A stretch of 64,000 bases of DNA from the NCBI GenBank assembly GCA_024276605.1, contig JAJRWX010000020.1, positions 4,512-68,511 of the forward strand. The letters run 5' to 3'. The notes beneath the pieces were generated by a model. That model searched no databases, was not told the DNA's origin, and worked only from the letters and a program-made list of their open reading frames with translations. Below are positions 9,655 through 19,344 of the stretch, in pieces (position 1 is the stretch's first letter; the number at the start of each line of letters is the position of its first letter). This DNA comes from Planctomycetota bacterium. GTDB lineage: Bacteria; Planctomycetota; Phycisphaerae; UBA1845. A program made the translations under genes and the position numbers.

Positions 9655-10752
9655 TCACACAACACACATCACGCACTCACGGGCCTCTTGATAGGTAGCC
9701 ACACAGCGGTCGATAATCTTGCGCCAATCGTAATCCCGCTGCACCATAGCCCGCCCGGCTTCACCCATAACTTGACGCGCTTCACGATCACCAAGTGCTT
9801 TGATCATGGCATCAGCTAACTGTTCCGGCGCTTGCGGTGCGACCAACCAACCGGTCTCACCATCACGCACCGTTTCCGGAAGTCCGCCCACGTGAGAGGC
9901 TATGACAGGCACGCACATCGCAGATGATTCCAACGCCGCAGCACCAAAACTCTCACATACGGAGGGCACGACTGACAAATCCCAACCCGCTATGTGAGCA
10001 GGCAAGCTGCCATGCGATTGACGCCGTATCCAGTTCACTTGAAAATCGACGCCGTACATCCCAGCCAACTGCTTACACTTCACCAATTCCGGCCCATCGC
10101 CGATCATCTGAAACTTTGTCTGCGGAAATTCCTCAAGCACCGTGGGTATGGCACGCATCAAATAGGTTGCCCCATAAACCGGTCTAAACCCTTTGAAAAA
10201 ACCCACCGTACAGTGACCATCGTGAGGCTTTGGCGTAGACTGCATAGGTCGAAATAAATCCAAATCCACCCCCAGCGGCAGTAACGCCATCGCTGACTCA
10301 TCAATGTTAGCATACGCGGCTGTCGTACGCGCTAAATATGGCCCCCATACTGCCACCTTTGCGGCACATTGCAACATCATTCTTCGCTCAGCCACCACAT
10401 CTTCCGTTGGCGTCCCCTCACCCGGTGGCTGAACAACATCCGAACCCCACGGCGATGCCATGAAACATCCTTGGTCAATAATCTCCGGAGTAAATCCCCA
10501 CGGCGACAAAAAATGTACATGTACGACATCAAAACGCTTCATAAAATCGCGTAGGTAATGTCGCCAACGACTTTGCCATCGGCGCGGGTTCAGCACGCTA
10601 GGAGGAGGAATCCGAAACGATTCAACGGTCGCCCCTTCAACGGTCGTCGGTTTGTGCGTGACGATATGCACATCCACCCCGCGTGCAGCCAACCCCGCAG
10701 AGATGCGCTGAATATGGACCGAACGGGCGTCAGCGAACAGGCAAATTTTCAT
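9655..10752 (-). CDS. Glycosyltransferase family 4
   Basis: 365-aa ORF. N-terminus MKICLFADARSVH, plus the classic GT4 region PSVCESFGAAALESSAMCVPVIASHVGGLPETV. Confidence 0.85.
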   Translation of the reverse strand: MKICLFADARSVHIQRISAGLAARGVDVHIVTHKPTTVEGATVESFRIPPPSVLNPRRWQSRWRHYLRDFMKRFDVVHVHFLSPWGFTPEIIDQGCFMASPWGSDVVQPPGEGTPTEDVVAERRMMLQCAAKVAVWGPYLARTTAAYANIDESAMALLPLGVDLDLFRPMQSTPKPHDGHCTVGFFKGFRPVYGATYLMRAIPTVLEEFPQTKFQMIGDGPELVKCKQLAGMYGVDFQVNWIRRQSHGSLPAHIAGWDLSVVPSVCESFGAAALESSAMCVPVIASHVGGLPETVRDGETGWLVAPQAPEQLADAMIKALGDREARQVMGEAGRAMVQRDYDWRKIIDRCVATYQEARECVMCVV

Positions 10753-12049
10753 GTTCGCCTTTCCGTATCTCTGAATCCCCGTCGCAGCTTACACCAGGCT
10801 TGGGTATGCTTATCGTGGATTTCGAGCGAATGATCGACCATTCGTGATCGATACAAAGAATTCCCGTCGCATGACCACCATCGTCAATACAAAGCGGATA
10901 ACGAAACGGTGAATCGCACAGCATTTCGCCACTATCACCGTCCCACATACGCACGTTCCAAAAATATTGCCCCCCGCGCACGGGTAATCCTGAAATCATC
11001 AAACGAACTTCCTGCACACCGCTTCCCGCATGAATCATGACACCGTCACGACCGGAGTTGATGCTCACCAGATTCTCACTCACCGTTGCCCGCATATTCA
11101 GCTCGACAACAAGTTTGTGTACCGGCCTTTTCAGCGAAAACCGCACTTTAGCCGAGATGGTTTTTCCCGATCGCGTCCAAACCACGCCGTCGCTTGTTCC
11201 ATCATGAAACGTAAGGCCCATCAGTTCAACATCGCGCGGAACATCCTCACGACCTGATAGATCGCCTCGATGCGACATATAGGTCTGCGATATAGCCTGC
11301 ATATATTGGGTCACTGCATCCTGCGATGAACCATCAAACACCTTTCGGCCACGATCAAGGACGATGGCCCGACGACACACGGATTGCATCTGATCCAAAT
11401 TATGTGTCACCAGAATAAGCGTTGTTCCGTTGCACACCAATTCGTTCATTCGATCCATACAACGCAAACGAAATACCGCATCACCCACTGAAAGCACCTC
11501 ATCCACCAACAACACATCCGGATCAACATGCGCGGCGATACTAAATCCCAGACGTGCATACATACCTGAACTATAGCGCTTGACCGGGGTATCCAAAAAT
11601 CTTTCCAACCCTGCAAACGCCACAATATCATCAAGCTTGCGGCTAACCTCCGCCCGGTGCATGCCGAGTATGGCTCCGTTTAGATAAATATTTTCCCGAC
11701 CCGTAAGATCACCATGAAAGCCCGCGCCAACCTCAATCAAAGCCGCTAGCCGACCTCTCAAAATCACTTCGCCGGAATCGGGCTGAACAATACCCGCCAG
11801 AATTTTCAGTGCCGTACTTTTCCCCGCACCGTTGGGACCGATGATGCCTAGCGCTTCACCTCGTGCCACCGAGAAATCGACATCCGTTAGTGCGCGTACG
11901 ACCGATTTACGTCGACCGTTTGCCGGCCTGCTTACCAACTTTCGCATCCCTGCAGCGAGCAAATCGCGGATCGAATCATGGCCGGCGCCAAGACGAAATC
12001 GCTTGGATACGCGATTAAATCGTACGATTTCATCCGCCATCAGATACAC
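10730..12049 (-). CDS. wzt: Polysaccharide ABC exporter ATP-binding protein (Wzt/TagH type) with a C-terminal beta-rich extension
   Basis: Walker A GPNGAGKST, signature-like SSGMYARL, Walker B LLVDEVLSVGD. About 190 further residues are typical of Wzt carbohydrate-binding domains. The alternative ATG at 12040 shares its A with the wzm stop (TGATG). Confidence 0.88.
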   Translation of the reverse strand: MYLMADEIVRFNRVSKRFRLGAGHDSIRDLLAAGMRKLVSRPANGRRKSVVRALTDVDFSVARGEALGIIGPNGAGKSTALKILAGIVQPDSGEVILRGRLAALIEVGAGFHGDLTGRENIYLNGAILGMHRAEVSRKLDDIVAFAGLERFLDTPVKRYSSGMYARLGFSIAAHVDPDVLLVDEVLSVGDAVFRLRCMDRMNELVCNGTTLILVTHNLDQMQSVCRRAIVLDRGRKVFDGSSQDAVTQYMQAISQTYMSHRGDLSGREDVPRDVELMGLTFHDGTSDGVVWTRSGKTISAKVRFSLKRPVHKLVVELNMRATVSENLVSINSGRDGVMIHAGSGVQEVRLMISGLPVRGGQYFWNVRMWDGDSGEMLCDSPFRYPLCIDDGGHATGILCIDHEWSIIRSKSTISIPKPGVSCDGDSEIRKGEHENLPVR

Positions 12050-12873
12050 TCCGCAAAACGATACGACGCACGCCTAAAACATAACCAACCAAAGACAAAT
12101 ACCAGTAGCGCCGCCGCACTTGCATATACAAAGCCGCCCAGGCTCGGCAAATGGCCGTAGATCAAACAATCTCGATAAGCGCCAATGATCGGAACCAGCG
12201 GATTCAGTGAAAGAATAAGTGACAACGTACTGCCATCTTTTGGCACGGGAACCACCACGGCTGAAACAAACATGAGCAATTGCACACCTATCCCGGCTAT
12301 CTGGCGCACATCACGATAAAACAAATTCGCCATGGCCAGAATCATCCCCAGACCAATGGTCATCAGCACCTGCACGATCACGATAACGGGTACGAATAGC
12401 ACTGACGGATGTAGGACAAACACCCAGTCGCCTGTCAGATGAAAATACACCATCATGGCTACAAGAACGGTCATCGCGACGCAATAATCCACTAAACCGC
12501 TAGCCACACATGACAACGGAAAAACCTCACGCGGAAAGTACACTTTGGTCACTAAATTTCGATTGGCTACTAAAGAGTTCACACACCCAATCAAACTCAT
12601 GCTAAAAAAAGTCCAGGGCACCAACCCCGTATAGGCAAACAGGGCATAAGGCATATCCACCGCCATAATCGATGAGGCCGGCACCGCCCGGGTAAAAACA
12701 AATGTAAAAACCAGCATCATCGAAAAAGGTAGTAAAATCGCCCAACCAATACCAAGCAAAGATTGCTTATACCGCACTCGAATATCGCGCCAGGTCAAAA
12801 CCCATAGTAGGTGACGATATCTAAGCCACTCAAATATCGAAGAATCAGCATGATTTGCTAGTTGAGCGCGCAC
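12040..12873 (-). CDS. wzm: ABC-2 type polysaccharide exporter permease (Wzm)
   Basis: 277-aa ORF, multi-pass hydrophobic, directly upstream of and overlapping wzt. Confidence 0.85.
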   Translation of the reverse strand: MRAQLANHADSSIFEWLRYRHLLWVLTWRDIRVRYKQSLLGIGWAILLPFSMMLVFTFVFTRAVPASSIMAVDMPYALFAYTGLVPWTFFSMSLIGCVNSLVANRNLVTKVYFPREVFPLSCVASGLVDYCVAMTVLVAMMVYFHLTGDWVFVLHPSVLFVPVIVIVQVLMTIGLGMILAMANLFYRDVRQIAGIGVQLLMFVSAVVVPVPKDGSTLSLILSLNPLVPIIGAYRDCLIYGHLPSLGGFVYASAAALLVFVFGWLCFRRASYRFAECI

Positions 12874-12987
12874 CGTAGGCGATTCCTCCCAAAGACATTC
12901 CCATCATTCACACGTCGGTTTATCGGTCGGTCACCAGCGCGGCTTTGCTAGGGTTACGCTTTGAAACTGATCTGGCAGGTCGTTGGT

Positions 12988-13035
12988 GGGTGGCATGGGT
13001 AAGCGATAGCTTACCCGTGGCGAGCATAGCCACCC
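12988..13035. repeat. Hairpin element sharing the GGGTGGCATGGGTAAG...CTTACCCGTG core with 3972-4084
   Basis: GGGTAAGC-GATA-GCTTACCC stem-loop at 12997-13016. The outer GGGTGGC (12988-12994) pairs with GCCACCC (13029-13035). It lies downstream of gpsA. Confidence 0.55.
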
Positions 13036-13145
13036 AAGCACAAAAAGGCATGTTCCGATAACACGGAAAGAACTGATCTATCACAACGTAGCAGCATGCC
13101 AACACGAGTTTGAGTAAATAGTAAATAAGGCTATGTACGGACAGA

Positions 13146-14150
13146 TTAAGGCTCAGCCCGCAAACGTCGAGTCATCAAACGCTCAATGGCAGACGTGGGA
13201 CTTTGCCCCTCAAAAAGAACCGTCGCCACAGCTTCGACTATAGGCATTTCTACATGATGACGCGTCGCTAGCTCCATCACACTCCGCGTCGTGGGTATCC
13301 CTTCAATCACCGACGTCGTGGTAGCCAAAACGTGCTTCGCCGTTTCCCCCCGACCGATTCGTTCACCCGCGGTGCGATTCCTGCCGATTTTCGACACGCA
13401 TGTGGTGAACAAATCTCCCACCCCAGCCAATCCACGAAACGTTTCCGGATGGGCATGAAAGACCTCCCCCAACCTGGCGATTTCTACAAGTCCGCGCGTT
13501 AACAAAGAAGCCTTCGCGTTATCACCCGCGCCGATCCCGTCACAAATACCCGCCGCAATAGCTATCACATTCTTAACCGCGCCGGCTATTTCAACACCGA
13601 TCAGGTCCGTACTCGAATAGACTCGAAGCTGCGGCGTACTAAATGCGTGCTGTACAAGCTGGGCCACTGCCTCGTCATCCGAAGCAGCTACGAGACTCGC
13701 CGGCTTATGATCCGCCACCTCCGAAGCAATACTTGGACCGGATAAACATGCGATCGGTACATCACCCAGACAGACCTTGATAATAGCTGTCGGCAATTGC
13801 AACGTACCAACTTCGATCCCCTTGGCTACGCTAACGATGGCTACCTCACGCGGCGCATTCCCAGCCAGTTGCGACCATATATCACGCATGAATTGACATG
13901 GCACCGCGGAGACAATCAATTCCGCCCCACGAAAAGCCTCTATAGCTTCGTTTGTAATCTTTAAGGCATCAGGAAGTGCAAAACCGGCAAGATATTTTTT
14001 ATTCTCCCGATCTCGACCTAGTAAGTTGACATGGTCCGCACTACGCCCCCACAGCGTCACATCAACGCCCTGCTCACACAGCAGTAGCGCACACACCGTA
14101 CCCATCGCCCCATCACCGATCACACAGGCTCGAGAAATCCCATCAGGCAT
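13146..14150 (-). CDS. gpsA: NAD(P)H-dependent glycerol-3-phosphate dehydrogenase
   Basis: 334-aa ORF. Contains NAD-binding GDGAMGT, SVAKGIE, AGAVKNVIAIAAG and GLAGVGDLFTTCVSKIGRNRTAGERIG. Confidence 0.92.
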   Translation of the reverse strand: MPDGISRACVIGDGAMGTVCALLLCEQGVDVTLWGRSADHVNLLGRDRENKKYLAGFALPDALKITNEAIEAFRGAELIVSAVPCQFMRDIWSQLAGNAPREVAIVSVAKGIEVGTLQLPTAIIKVCLGDVPIACLSGPSIASEVADHKPASLVAASDDEAVAQLVQHAFSTPQLRVYSSTDLIGVEIAGAVKNVIAIAAGICDGIGAGDNAKASLLTRGLVEIARLGEVFHAHPETFRGLAGVGDLFTTCVSKIGRNRTAGERIGRGETAKHVLATTTSVIEGIPTTRSVMELATRHHVEMPIVEAVATVLFEGQSPTSAIERLMTRRLRAEP

Positions 14151-14194
14151 GGTGCACGAATAAACAACAGCACAACTTCCCTGGGCTACACGCC

Positions 14195-14371
14195 CTAGGC
14201 AAGGTTAAATGCGCCGAAAACAAAATCAGCGACGAGGCTTCCAACAATTTGCGTGGTTAAACCGGAAAAAATAGAATTGGTATCAAAAGTACAACCACCG
14301 GCTTGAAACAACATGCCTGCTGCGACAACCAGTGACGCCTTTTGTGTCCACATAGATATCCGTCGTCTCAT
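14195..14371 (-). CDS. Possible small secreted/lipoprotein (58 aa), absent from the ORF track
   Basis: Own translation: MRRRISMWTQKASLVVAAGMLFQAGGCTFDTNSIFSGLTTQIVGSLVADFVFGAFNLA. It has a basic n-region, a hydrophobic core and a lipobox-like AGG|C. No strong RBS. Confidence 0.35.
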   Translation of the reverse strand: MRRRISMWTQKASLVVAAGMLFQAGGCTFDTNSIFSGLTTQIVGSLVADFVFGAFNLA

Positions 14372-14448
14372 TATGACCTAACCCGCCTTCCATGACTAAT
14401 AAATTACACAGAACATCGCCGCATAATTGAACTTCCCAAGCCTATACA

Positions 14449-15693
14449 TTATTCACTATCAGCCGGCGAAGATGACTGCAACATCACCAATTCACTGGCC
14501 ACATATATGGGCACAGGATTCACACTACCCGCTTGTAAACGCTTAGTCGACGCACGAACACCGACATAACGACCGATGTAATCATTAACGTTAATCTCTG
14601 ATCGCGTAGGAATCTCTACATATCCAATCGTTCGTGAAGTCGCACCGGATGTATCCACCAGCCGCAAACGCCTTGGACGAAGCGTTGCAGGATATAAAGC
14701 ACTCTCACGCAACTCACCCTTGGCATCCAACCCCAATGGCGTTGGCGGCTCAACCGCATGTATCGAACCACGCTCCACTAAAAACCGACGACGCTTTTCA
14801 TCAGTTTGTTCATTCATATTTCGCAAGTTGCGAACGGTATTAGCCAAGCTGATCATTTCCTCAATCTGACGTACACGACCTTCCGCGTATTGTTTCGAGA
14901 ATAGATCCTCGTCCTGAGATACAATGGTTTGATATTGTTTCACTAATGTGTCGAAATTCCGACGTAGCAGAGGCTTTTCTAATTCAACCTTTAGCGGTGC
15001 TTCGAGTGCTTCGAGTGCCCGTCGCTGCTGAGTCGGCTCCATATATCCAAATGGCGATACAGCGTCATCTACGCTCGTCTCATCCTTATTACCGGTAGCA
15101 TCACGATCGCCGGTTAAGGGCGACGTTTGACCATCCGCATCCGCACGATGCACAGTCGCACTATCCTTTGCCGAAGTCACCGCAGCCCGGTCTGCTGTAA
15201 TCGGCTCAATAAATTTTTTACTTATCCAAAAATATGCCCCCTTAGGAGGGGTAATGCGCAGAAAACCATCAGGATTACGACCAAGAATCGTTACCTCATC
15301 CCCCTTCGACAATTGCAACTGCACGGTATACTTACTGGAATTCAACTGCGAACCGGCACGAACCCGAACATTGTTGCCATTCACCACACCCCGCTTATTA
15401 TCTACCGTGTCCACATAGTCGCCGGAAATCAGACTAAACGTGTTCGCAGGTGCTGCAATGGCAAACCAATCATCTTTCTCGTCAACAATCCGTACCCGAT
15501 CTCCTGCGCTCAGTTTAGTCGTTGTGTAATGATTCAAACTCGGACCGCTACGTACATACACATCCTCAGCCACCACCTCACCCTCTGTGGGTAACGCTGC
15601 TAATGCGGTTTGTGTATGCGCCGCATAAAACACCGGCCACATAGTTAACATAGCTAAAACAAATCGTCTATCTCGAAGACGTGCGCTCAACAT
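14449..15693 (-). CDS. Secreted SH3-domain protein, function unknown
   Basis: 414-aa ORF with a signal-like N-terminus (VLAMLTMWPVFYAAHTQTALA). Two bacterial SH3-like segments are present (VYVRSGPSLNHYTTTKLSAGDRVRIV and VRVRAGSQLNSSKYTVQLQLSKGDEVTIL). Confidence 0.65.
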   Translation of the reverse strand: MLSARLRDRRFVLAMLTMWPVFYAAHTQTALAALPTEGEVVAEDVYVRSGPSLNHYTTTKLSAGDRVRIVDEKDDWFAIAAPANTFSLISGDYVDTVDNKRGVVNGNNVRVRAGSQLNSSKYTVQLQLSKGDEVTILGRNPDGFLRITPPKGAYFWISKKFIEPITADRAAVTSAKDSATVHRADADGQTSPLTGDRDATGNKDETSVDDAVSPFGYMEPTQQRRALEALEAPLKVELEKPLLRRNFDTLVKQYQTIVSQDEDLFSKQYAEGRVRQIEEMISLANTVRNLRNMNEQTDEKRRRFLVERGSIHAVEPPTPLGLDAKGELRESALYPATLRPRRLRLVDTSGATSRTIGYVEIPTRSEINVNDYIGRYVGVRASTKRLQAGSVNPVPIYVASELVMLQSSSPADSE

Positions 15694-15848
15694 GGCAAGC
15701 CACCTCCCTGTGCCGAATCCGTAGAAGTTTACATCACGTTAATATAACAAAAACTCTATCCCTCAAGGCATGAAGTGTCAATCCGCAAAACGCACTGGTT
15801 AGGGCTGCAAAACCATGAAGACTTCTGTTATACTCCCCCGACAGAATC

Positions 15849-17297
15849 ATGATGTACGCACACACAACAACACACGCTCCGCTCATCGTCGAACCGTTGC
15901 GAGCCTCAGTTTCGCCGGATGATGCCATTGTGAGTTTTTCTAGATTGCGCGAACCTGCAATCCTGGAAAGTCTTATCCAACCACATACTTACGCGCGATA
16001 TTCCATCTTCGCATTCGATCCGATTGATCAATTCACAGCTTACGCCTCAGACCCCGGCTGCCCATTCCAACAGCTCGCAGATCGCTCAGCCTTGTATGCC
16101 ACCCCCGCTGCGGACTCTGTCGAAATCCCCTTTACCGGGGGCTGGATCGGGTATTTCACGTATGAGGCAGGGTTACGCGCAGAAAAGATCATTACACGCA
16201 CAGACCGTTATATCCGTGATATTCATTTACCGATAGCCCACTTCAAGCTATACGACACGGCAGCGGTGTATGACCACAATAATCATCAATGGTTCGCAGT
16301 CGCCGTAGATTTACCATGCCCTACAAGAAGTTCACGGCAAATCACTCCACCTGAACGCATCCAGATGATCGCCTCCCTCCTGCATCAGACTGAGCCTGCA
16401 CACGACGCCTGCTCGTACCATACTCATCCACCGGCTACCGCTCGTGCGAATATGACACGAAAGAAATATCTCCACAAAGTTGCCCGCGCTAAGGCGTACA
16501 TCGCCGCTGGTGACATCTTCGAAGTAAACCTATCCCAGCGTTTTGAGGTTCGTGTTGATGCAACGCCGGAGGACATTTATCGACGACTACGAGCAGTCAA
16601 CCCCTCATCCCATGCCGCCTTTCTGCCGTGGGGTGAACTAACTGTCATGTCCTCGTCACCGGAATTGTTTCTCCAACTTACAGGCAACCATGTGGTCACG
16701 CGCCCCATCAAAGGTACCAGACCCAGAGGATGCGACGACGTAGCTGATTCTATCCATCACCAAGCCTTGGCAGACAGCGAAAAAGACCGGGCGGAACTGA
16801 CCATGATTATTGATCTGCTGCGCAACGATCTTGGCAGGGTGTGTGAATACGCCAGCGTCAACGTGCGTGAATCCGCAGCCATCGAACCCCTGCCCCACGT
16901 CTTCCATCAGGTAGCTACGGTCGAAGGCACCCTGCGAAAGCACTGCTCATGGCTCGACTTATTGCGTGCCACATTTCCCGGCGGTTCCATCACCGGCGCA
17001 CCGAAAATCCGCGCCATGCAAATCATCCACGAACTGGAACATTCCCCTCGGGGCGTATATTGTGGTTCGATAGGACTGATCGGAATCAATGGAAATCTGT
17101 CGCTCAATATCGCCATCCGTACCATAGTCCAGCAGGCCAATCTGGTACGATTCGATGCGGGCGGAGCTATCGTCGCCGATAGTGATCCACAACAGGAATA
17201 TGAAGAAATCATGGCCAAAGTGAAAGGCATGATGCAAGCACTGGACTGCACCATGCAAGATCACATTCAACCCGTACAAGAGTTGACGCACGCGTGA
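15849..17297 (+). CDS. pabB: Aminodeoxychorismate synthase component I (chorismate-binding enzyme)
   Basis: 482-aa ORF. Chorismate-binding signature FPGGSITGAPKIRAMQIIHELE...PRGVYCGSIG. Followed by a class IV aminotransferase-fold gene with a GTGA overlap. Confidence 0.8.
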   Translation: MMYAHTTTHAPLIVEPLRASVSPDDAIVSFSRLREPAILESLIQPHTYARYSIFAFDPIDQFTAYASDPGCPFQQLADRSALYATPAADSVEIPFTGGWIGYFTYEAGLRAEKIITRTDRYIRDIHLPIAHFKLYDTAAVYDHNNHQWFAVAVDLPCPTRSSRQITPPERIQMIASLLHQTEPAHDACSYHTHPPATARANMTRKKYLHKVARAKAYIAAGDIFEVNLSQRFEVRVDATPEDIYRRLRAVNPSSHAAFLPWGELTVMSSSPELFLQLTGNHVVTRPIKGTRPRGCDDVADSIHHQALADSEKDRAELTMIIDLLRNDLGRVCEYASVNVRESAAIEPLPHVFHQVATVEGTLRKHCSWLDLLRATFPGGSITGAPKIRAMQIIHELEHSPRGVYCGSIGLIGINGNLSLNIAIRTIVQQANLVRFDAGGAIVADSDPQQEYEEIMAKVKGMMQALDCTMQDHIQPVQELTHA

Positions 17298-18166
17298 CAC
17301 CTATTGTCTATTTCAATGGCGCGTTCATTGCCGAGGATAAAGCCCGGCTGCCCATTCACGACGGCGGCTGGCTGCACGGTGCGGGCCTTTTTGAAACCAT
17401 GAGAGCGGAAAATAGCCGCATATTTCGTGTAGAATCGCACATGGAAAGATTGCTGCAATCCGCAGAAAAACTGCTCAGACCCCTCACGCGCAGTGAGTTA
17501 CCCTCTCGCGTAGATTTTCTCGAATTACTTGAGCGAAATGATCTAAAAGTCGCCCGTGTTCGATTAACCGTAACCGTCGGCTCGATACATCTGCCGGCAA
17601 CGGATGTTGACCAGCCGCCACCGCTCACCGTTTGCGTCACCGCCGTCCCACTCTCGCCGCCGATCCAATCTCTTTACGAAAATGGGGTACAGGTGTGCGT
17701 ATCAGGCTACAAAGTTTCTCCCCACGACCCACTCGCCGGGCACAAGACCACTGCCTTCCTCGGTCGATTACTCGGTCTTCGACAAGCGCAACAAAGTAAA
17801 TGCTTCGAGTCGTTATGGTTCAACACCAACAACTTGTTGGCTGAAGGTTGTATCACGAACGTGTTCATCATCAAAAATGGTCAATTAAAAACACCACCAC
17901 GCGACACACCTATTCTGTGCGGTATCGCCCGCAGCCTCGTACTTGATTTAGGCAAACGCCTGGACCTAAACCCTCTGCAAATACCGCTAACCATAAACGA
18001 CCTCCTGGACGCGGACGAATTGTTTCTCACCAACTCCATCATCCAGGTTCTACCCGTCATTCGCGTCGAACAACATGACATCGCCCAGGGCCGTGTCGGT
18101 AAAATGACACGGCTATTGCTCGAAGCATATCGAGAGCAGACCAAAAAGGAATGCACACCAGTATGA
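17294..18166 (+). CDS. pabC: Aminodeoxychorismate lyase / class IV aminotransferase-fold protein
   Basis: 290-aa ORF, class IV fold motifs (GLFETMR, EGCITNVFIIKNG), translationally coupled to pabB. Confidence 0.7.
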   Translation: MTPIVYFNGAFIAEDKARLPIHDGGWLHGAGLFETMRAENSRIFRVESHMERLLQSAEKLLRPLTRSELPSRVDFLELLERNDLKVARVRLTVTVGSIHLPATDVDQPPPLTVCVTAVPLSPPIQSLYENGVQVCVSGYKVSPHDPLAGHKTTAFLGRLLGLRQAQQSKCFESLWFNTNNLLAEGCITNVFIIKNGQLKTPPRDTPILCGIARSLVLDLGKRLDLNPLQIPLTINDLLDADELFLTNSIIQVLPVIRVEQHDIAQGRVGKMTRLLLEAYREQTKKECTPV

Positions 18167-19308
18167 GCAAAGCAGCGACCAAGACAGCCACACGTAAAAA
18201 AGCTACCGTGAACGATCTATGTCAGGCTATGGACAACATTGCACCCCCAGGTCTCGCGCAAAGTTGGGATAATGTCGGCTTGATTCTCGGCGACCCACAC
18301 AATCAACTAAAACGCGTCCTCTTATGCATCGATCTAACTACACCTGTGCTCAAAGAAGCGGTTCGTCTGCGCGTTGGCGCCATCCTCGCCTACCACCCCC
18401 CCATCTTCAAACCGCTCAGCCGCCTCGTCGCCGGCTCGGCGGACATGGCCTCGCTGGTTTGGGAATGTGCACGCAGCCATATCGCGATCTATGCCACGCA
18501 TACGGCACTAGACGCTGCAGAAGGTGGTGCCAACGATGTCCTGGCAGCCATGTGCGGCCTCAAAGTATCTGAGCCTCTGGAATATATGGATCAACCCGGT
18601 CATAGCCAATGTAAAGTGGTCACCTTCGTTCCCGCAGGCGCCGTCCAGCTTGTTGCCAACGCCGTGTTCGCCGCCGGTGCCGGCCACATTGGCGATTATT
18701 CACATTGCAGTTTCCGCACCCCAGGGCAAGGAAGTTTTTTCGGGCACGAATCCACAACACCTAGCGTCGGAAAACGAGGCCGAGATGAAACAGTAAATGA
18801 AACACGGCTGGAATTCGTAACGCCGCAGCATAAACTCCCCCGCGTTATCACCGCTATGCTTCAGTCACATCCCTACGAAGAACCCGCTTTCGACATCTAT
18901 CCACTACAGCCAACACCTGTCAAAGGTATCGGGCGAGTTGGCACGCTCCCCCAACCAACCACCCTTGGAAAATTGGCATCAAAACTCAAACGAATCGTCA
19001 GCGCAAACTGTGTGCAAATCGTAGGCAACACCTCCCAGCCTGTTAAGCGCATAATCGTGGTCGTAGGGGCAGCCGGGAGCCTGCCCTTCAAAACTACGCT
19101 GGGTAAACGTGACGCCGTCATCACCGGAGAAATTCGCCACCACGACGCACTAGCGTTTGATCGGATAGGATGTGGCGCGATCGCGCTCAACCATTGGACC
19201 AGCGAAAGACCAATCCTAGCACCATTGGCCAAGCAATTAGCAAAAGCCATCCCGGACGTGAGTTTTCGCATCAGCAACGCCGATTGCGAACCATTTCAAC
19301 GAATTTGA
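18151..19308 (+). CDS. NIF3-family dinuclear metal-centre protein (YbgI/GTP cyclohydrolase 1 type 2 homologue)
   Basis: 385-aa ORF with SWDNVGLILGD, AYHPPIF, ATHTALD, NHWTSE and a PII-like insertion. The likely start is ATG 18163, overlapping the pabC stop as ATGA. Confidence 0.8.
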   Translation: MHTSMSKAATKTATRKKATVNDLCQAMDNIAPPGLAQSWDNVGLILGDPHNQLKRVLLCIDLTTPVLKEAVRLRVGAILAYHPPIFKPLSRLVAGSADMASLVWECARSHIAIYATHTALDAAEGGANDVLAAMCGLKVSEPLEYMDQPGHSQCKVVTFVPAGAVQLVANAVFAAGAGHIGDYSHCSFRTPGQGSFFGHESTTPSVGKRGRDETVNETRLEFVTPQHKLPRVITAMLQSHPYEEPAFDIYPLQPTPVKGIGRVGTLPQPTTLGKLASKLKRIVSANCVQIVGNTSQPVKRIIVVVGAAGSLPFKTTLGKRDAVITGEIRHHDALAFDRIGCGAIALNHWTSERPILAPLAKQLAKAIPDVSFRISNADCEPFQRI

Positions 19309-19344
19309 GCACAGAATTCCTACAACACGAAAAACAAAATACGC

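Noticed and set aside
12920-13105. 61-aa minus-strand ORF between wzm and gpsA
   Set aside because: It covers the 12988-13035 hairpin element. It is most likely non-coding.
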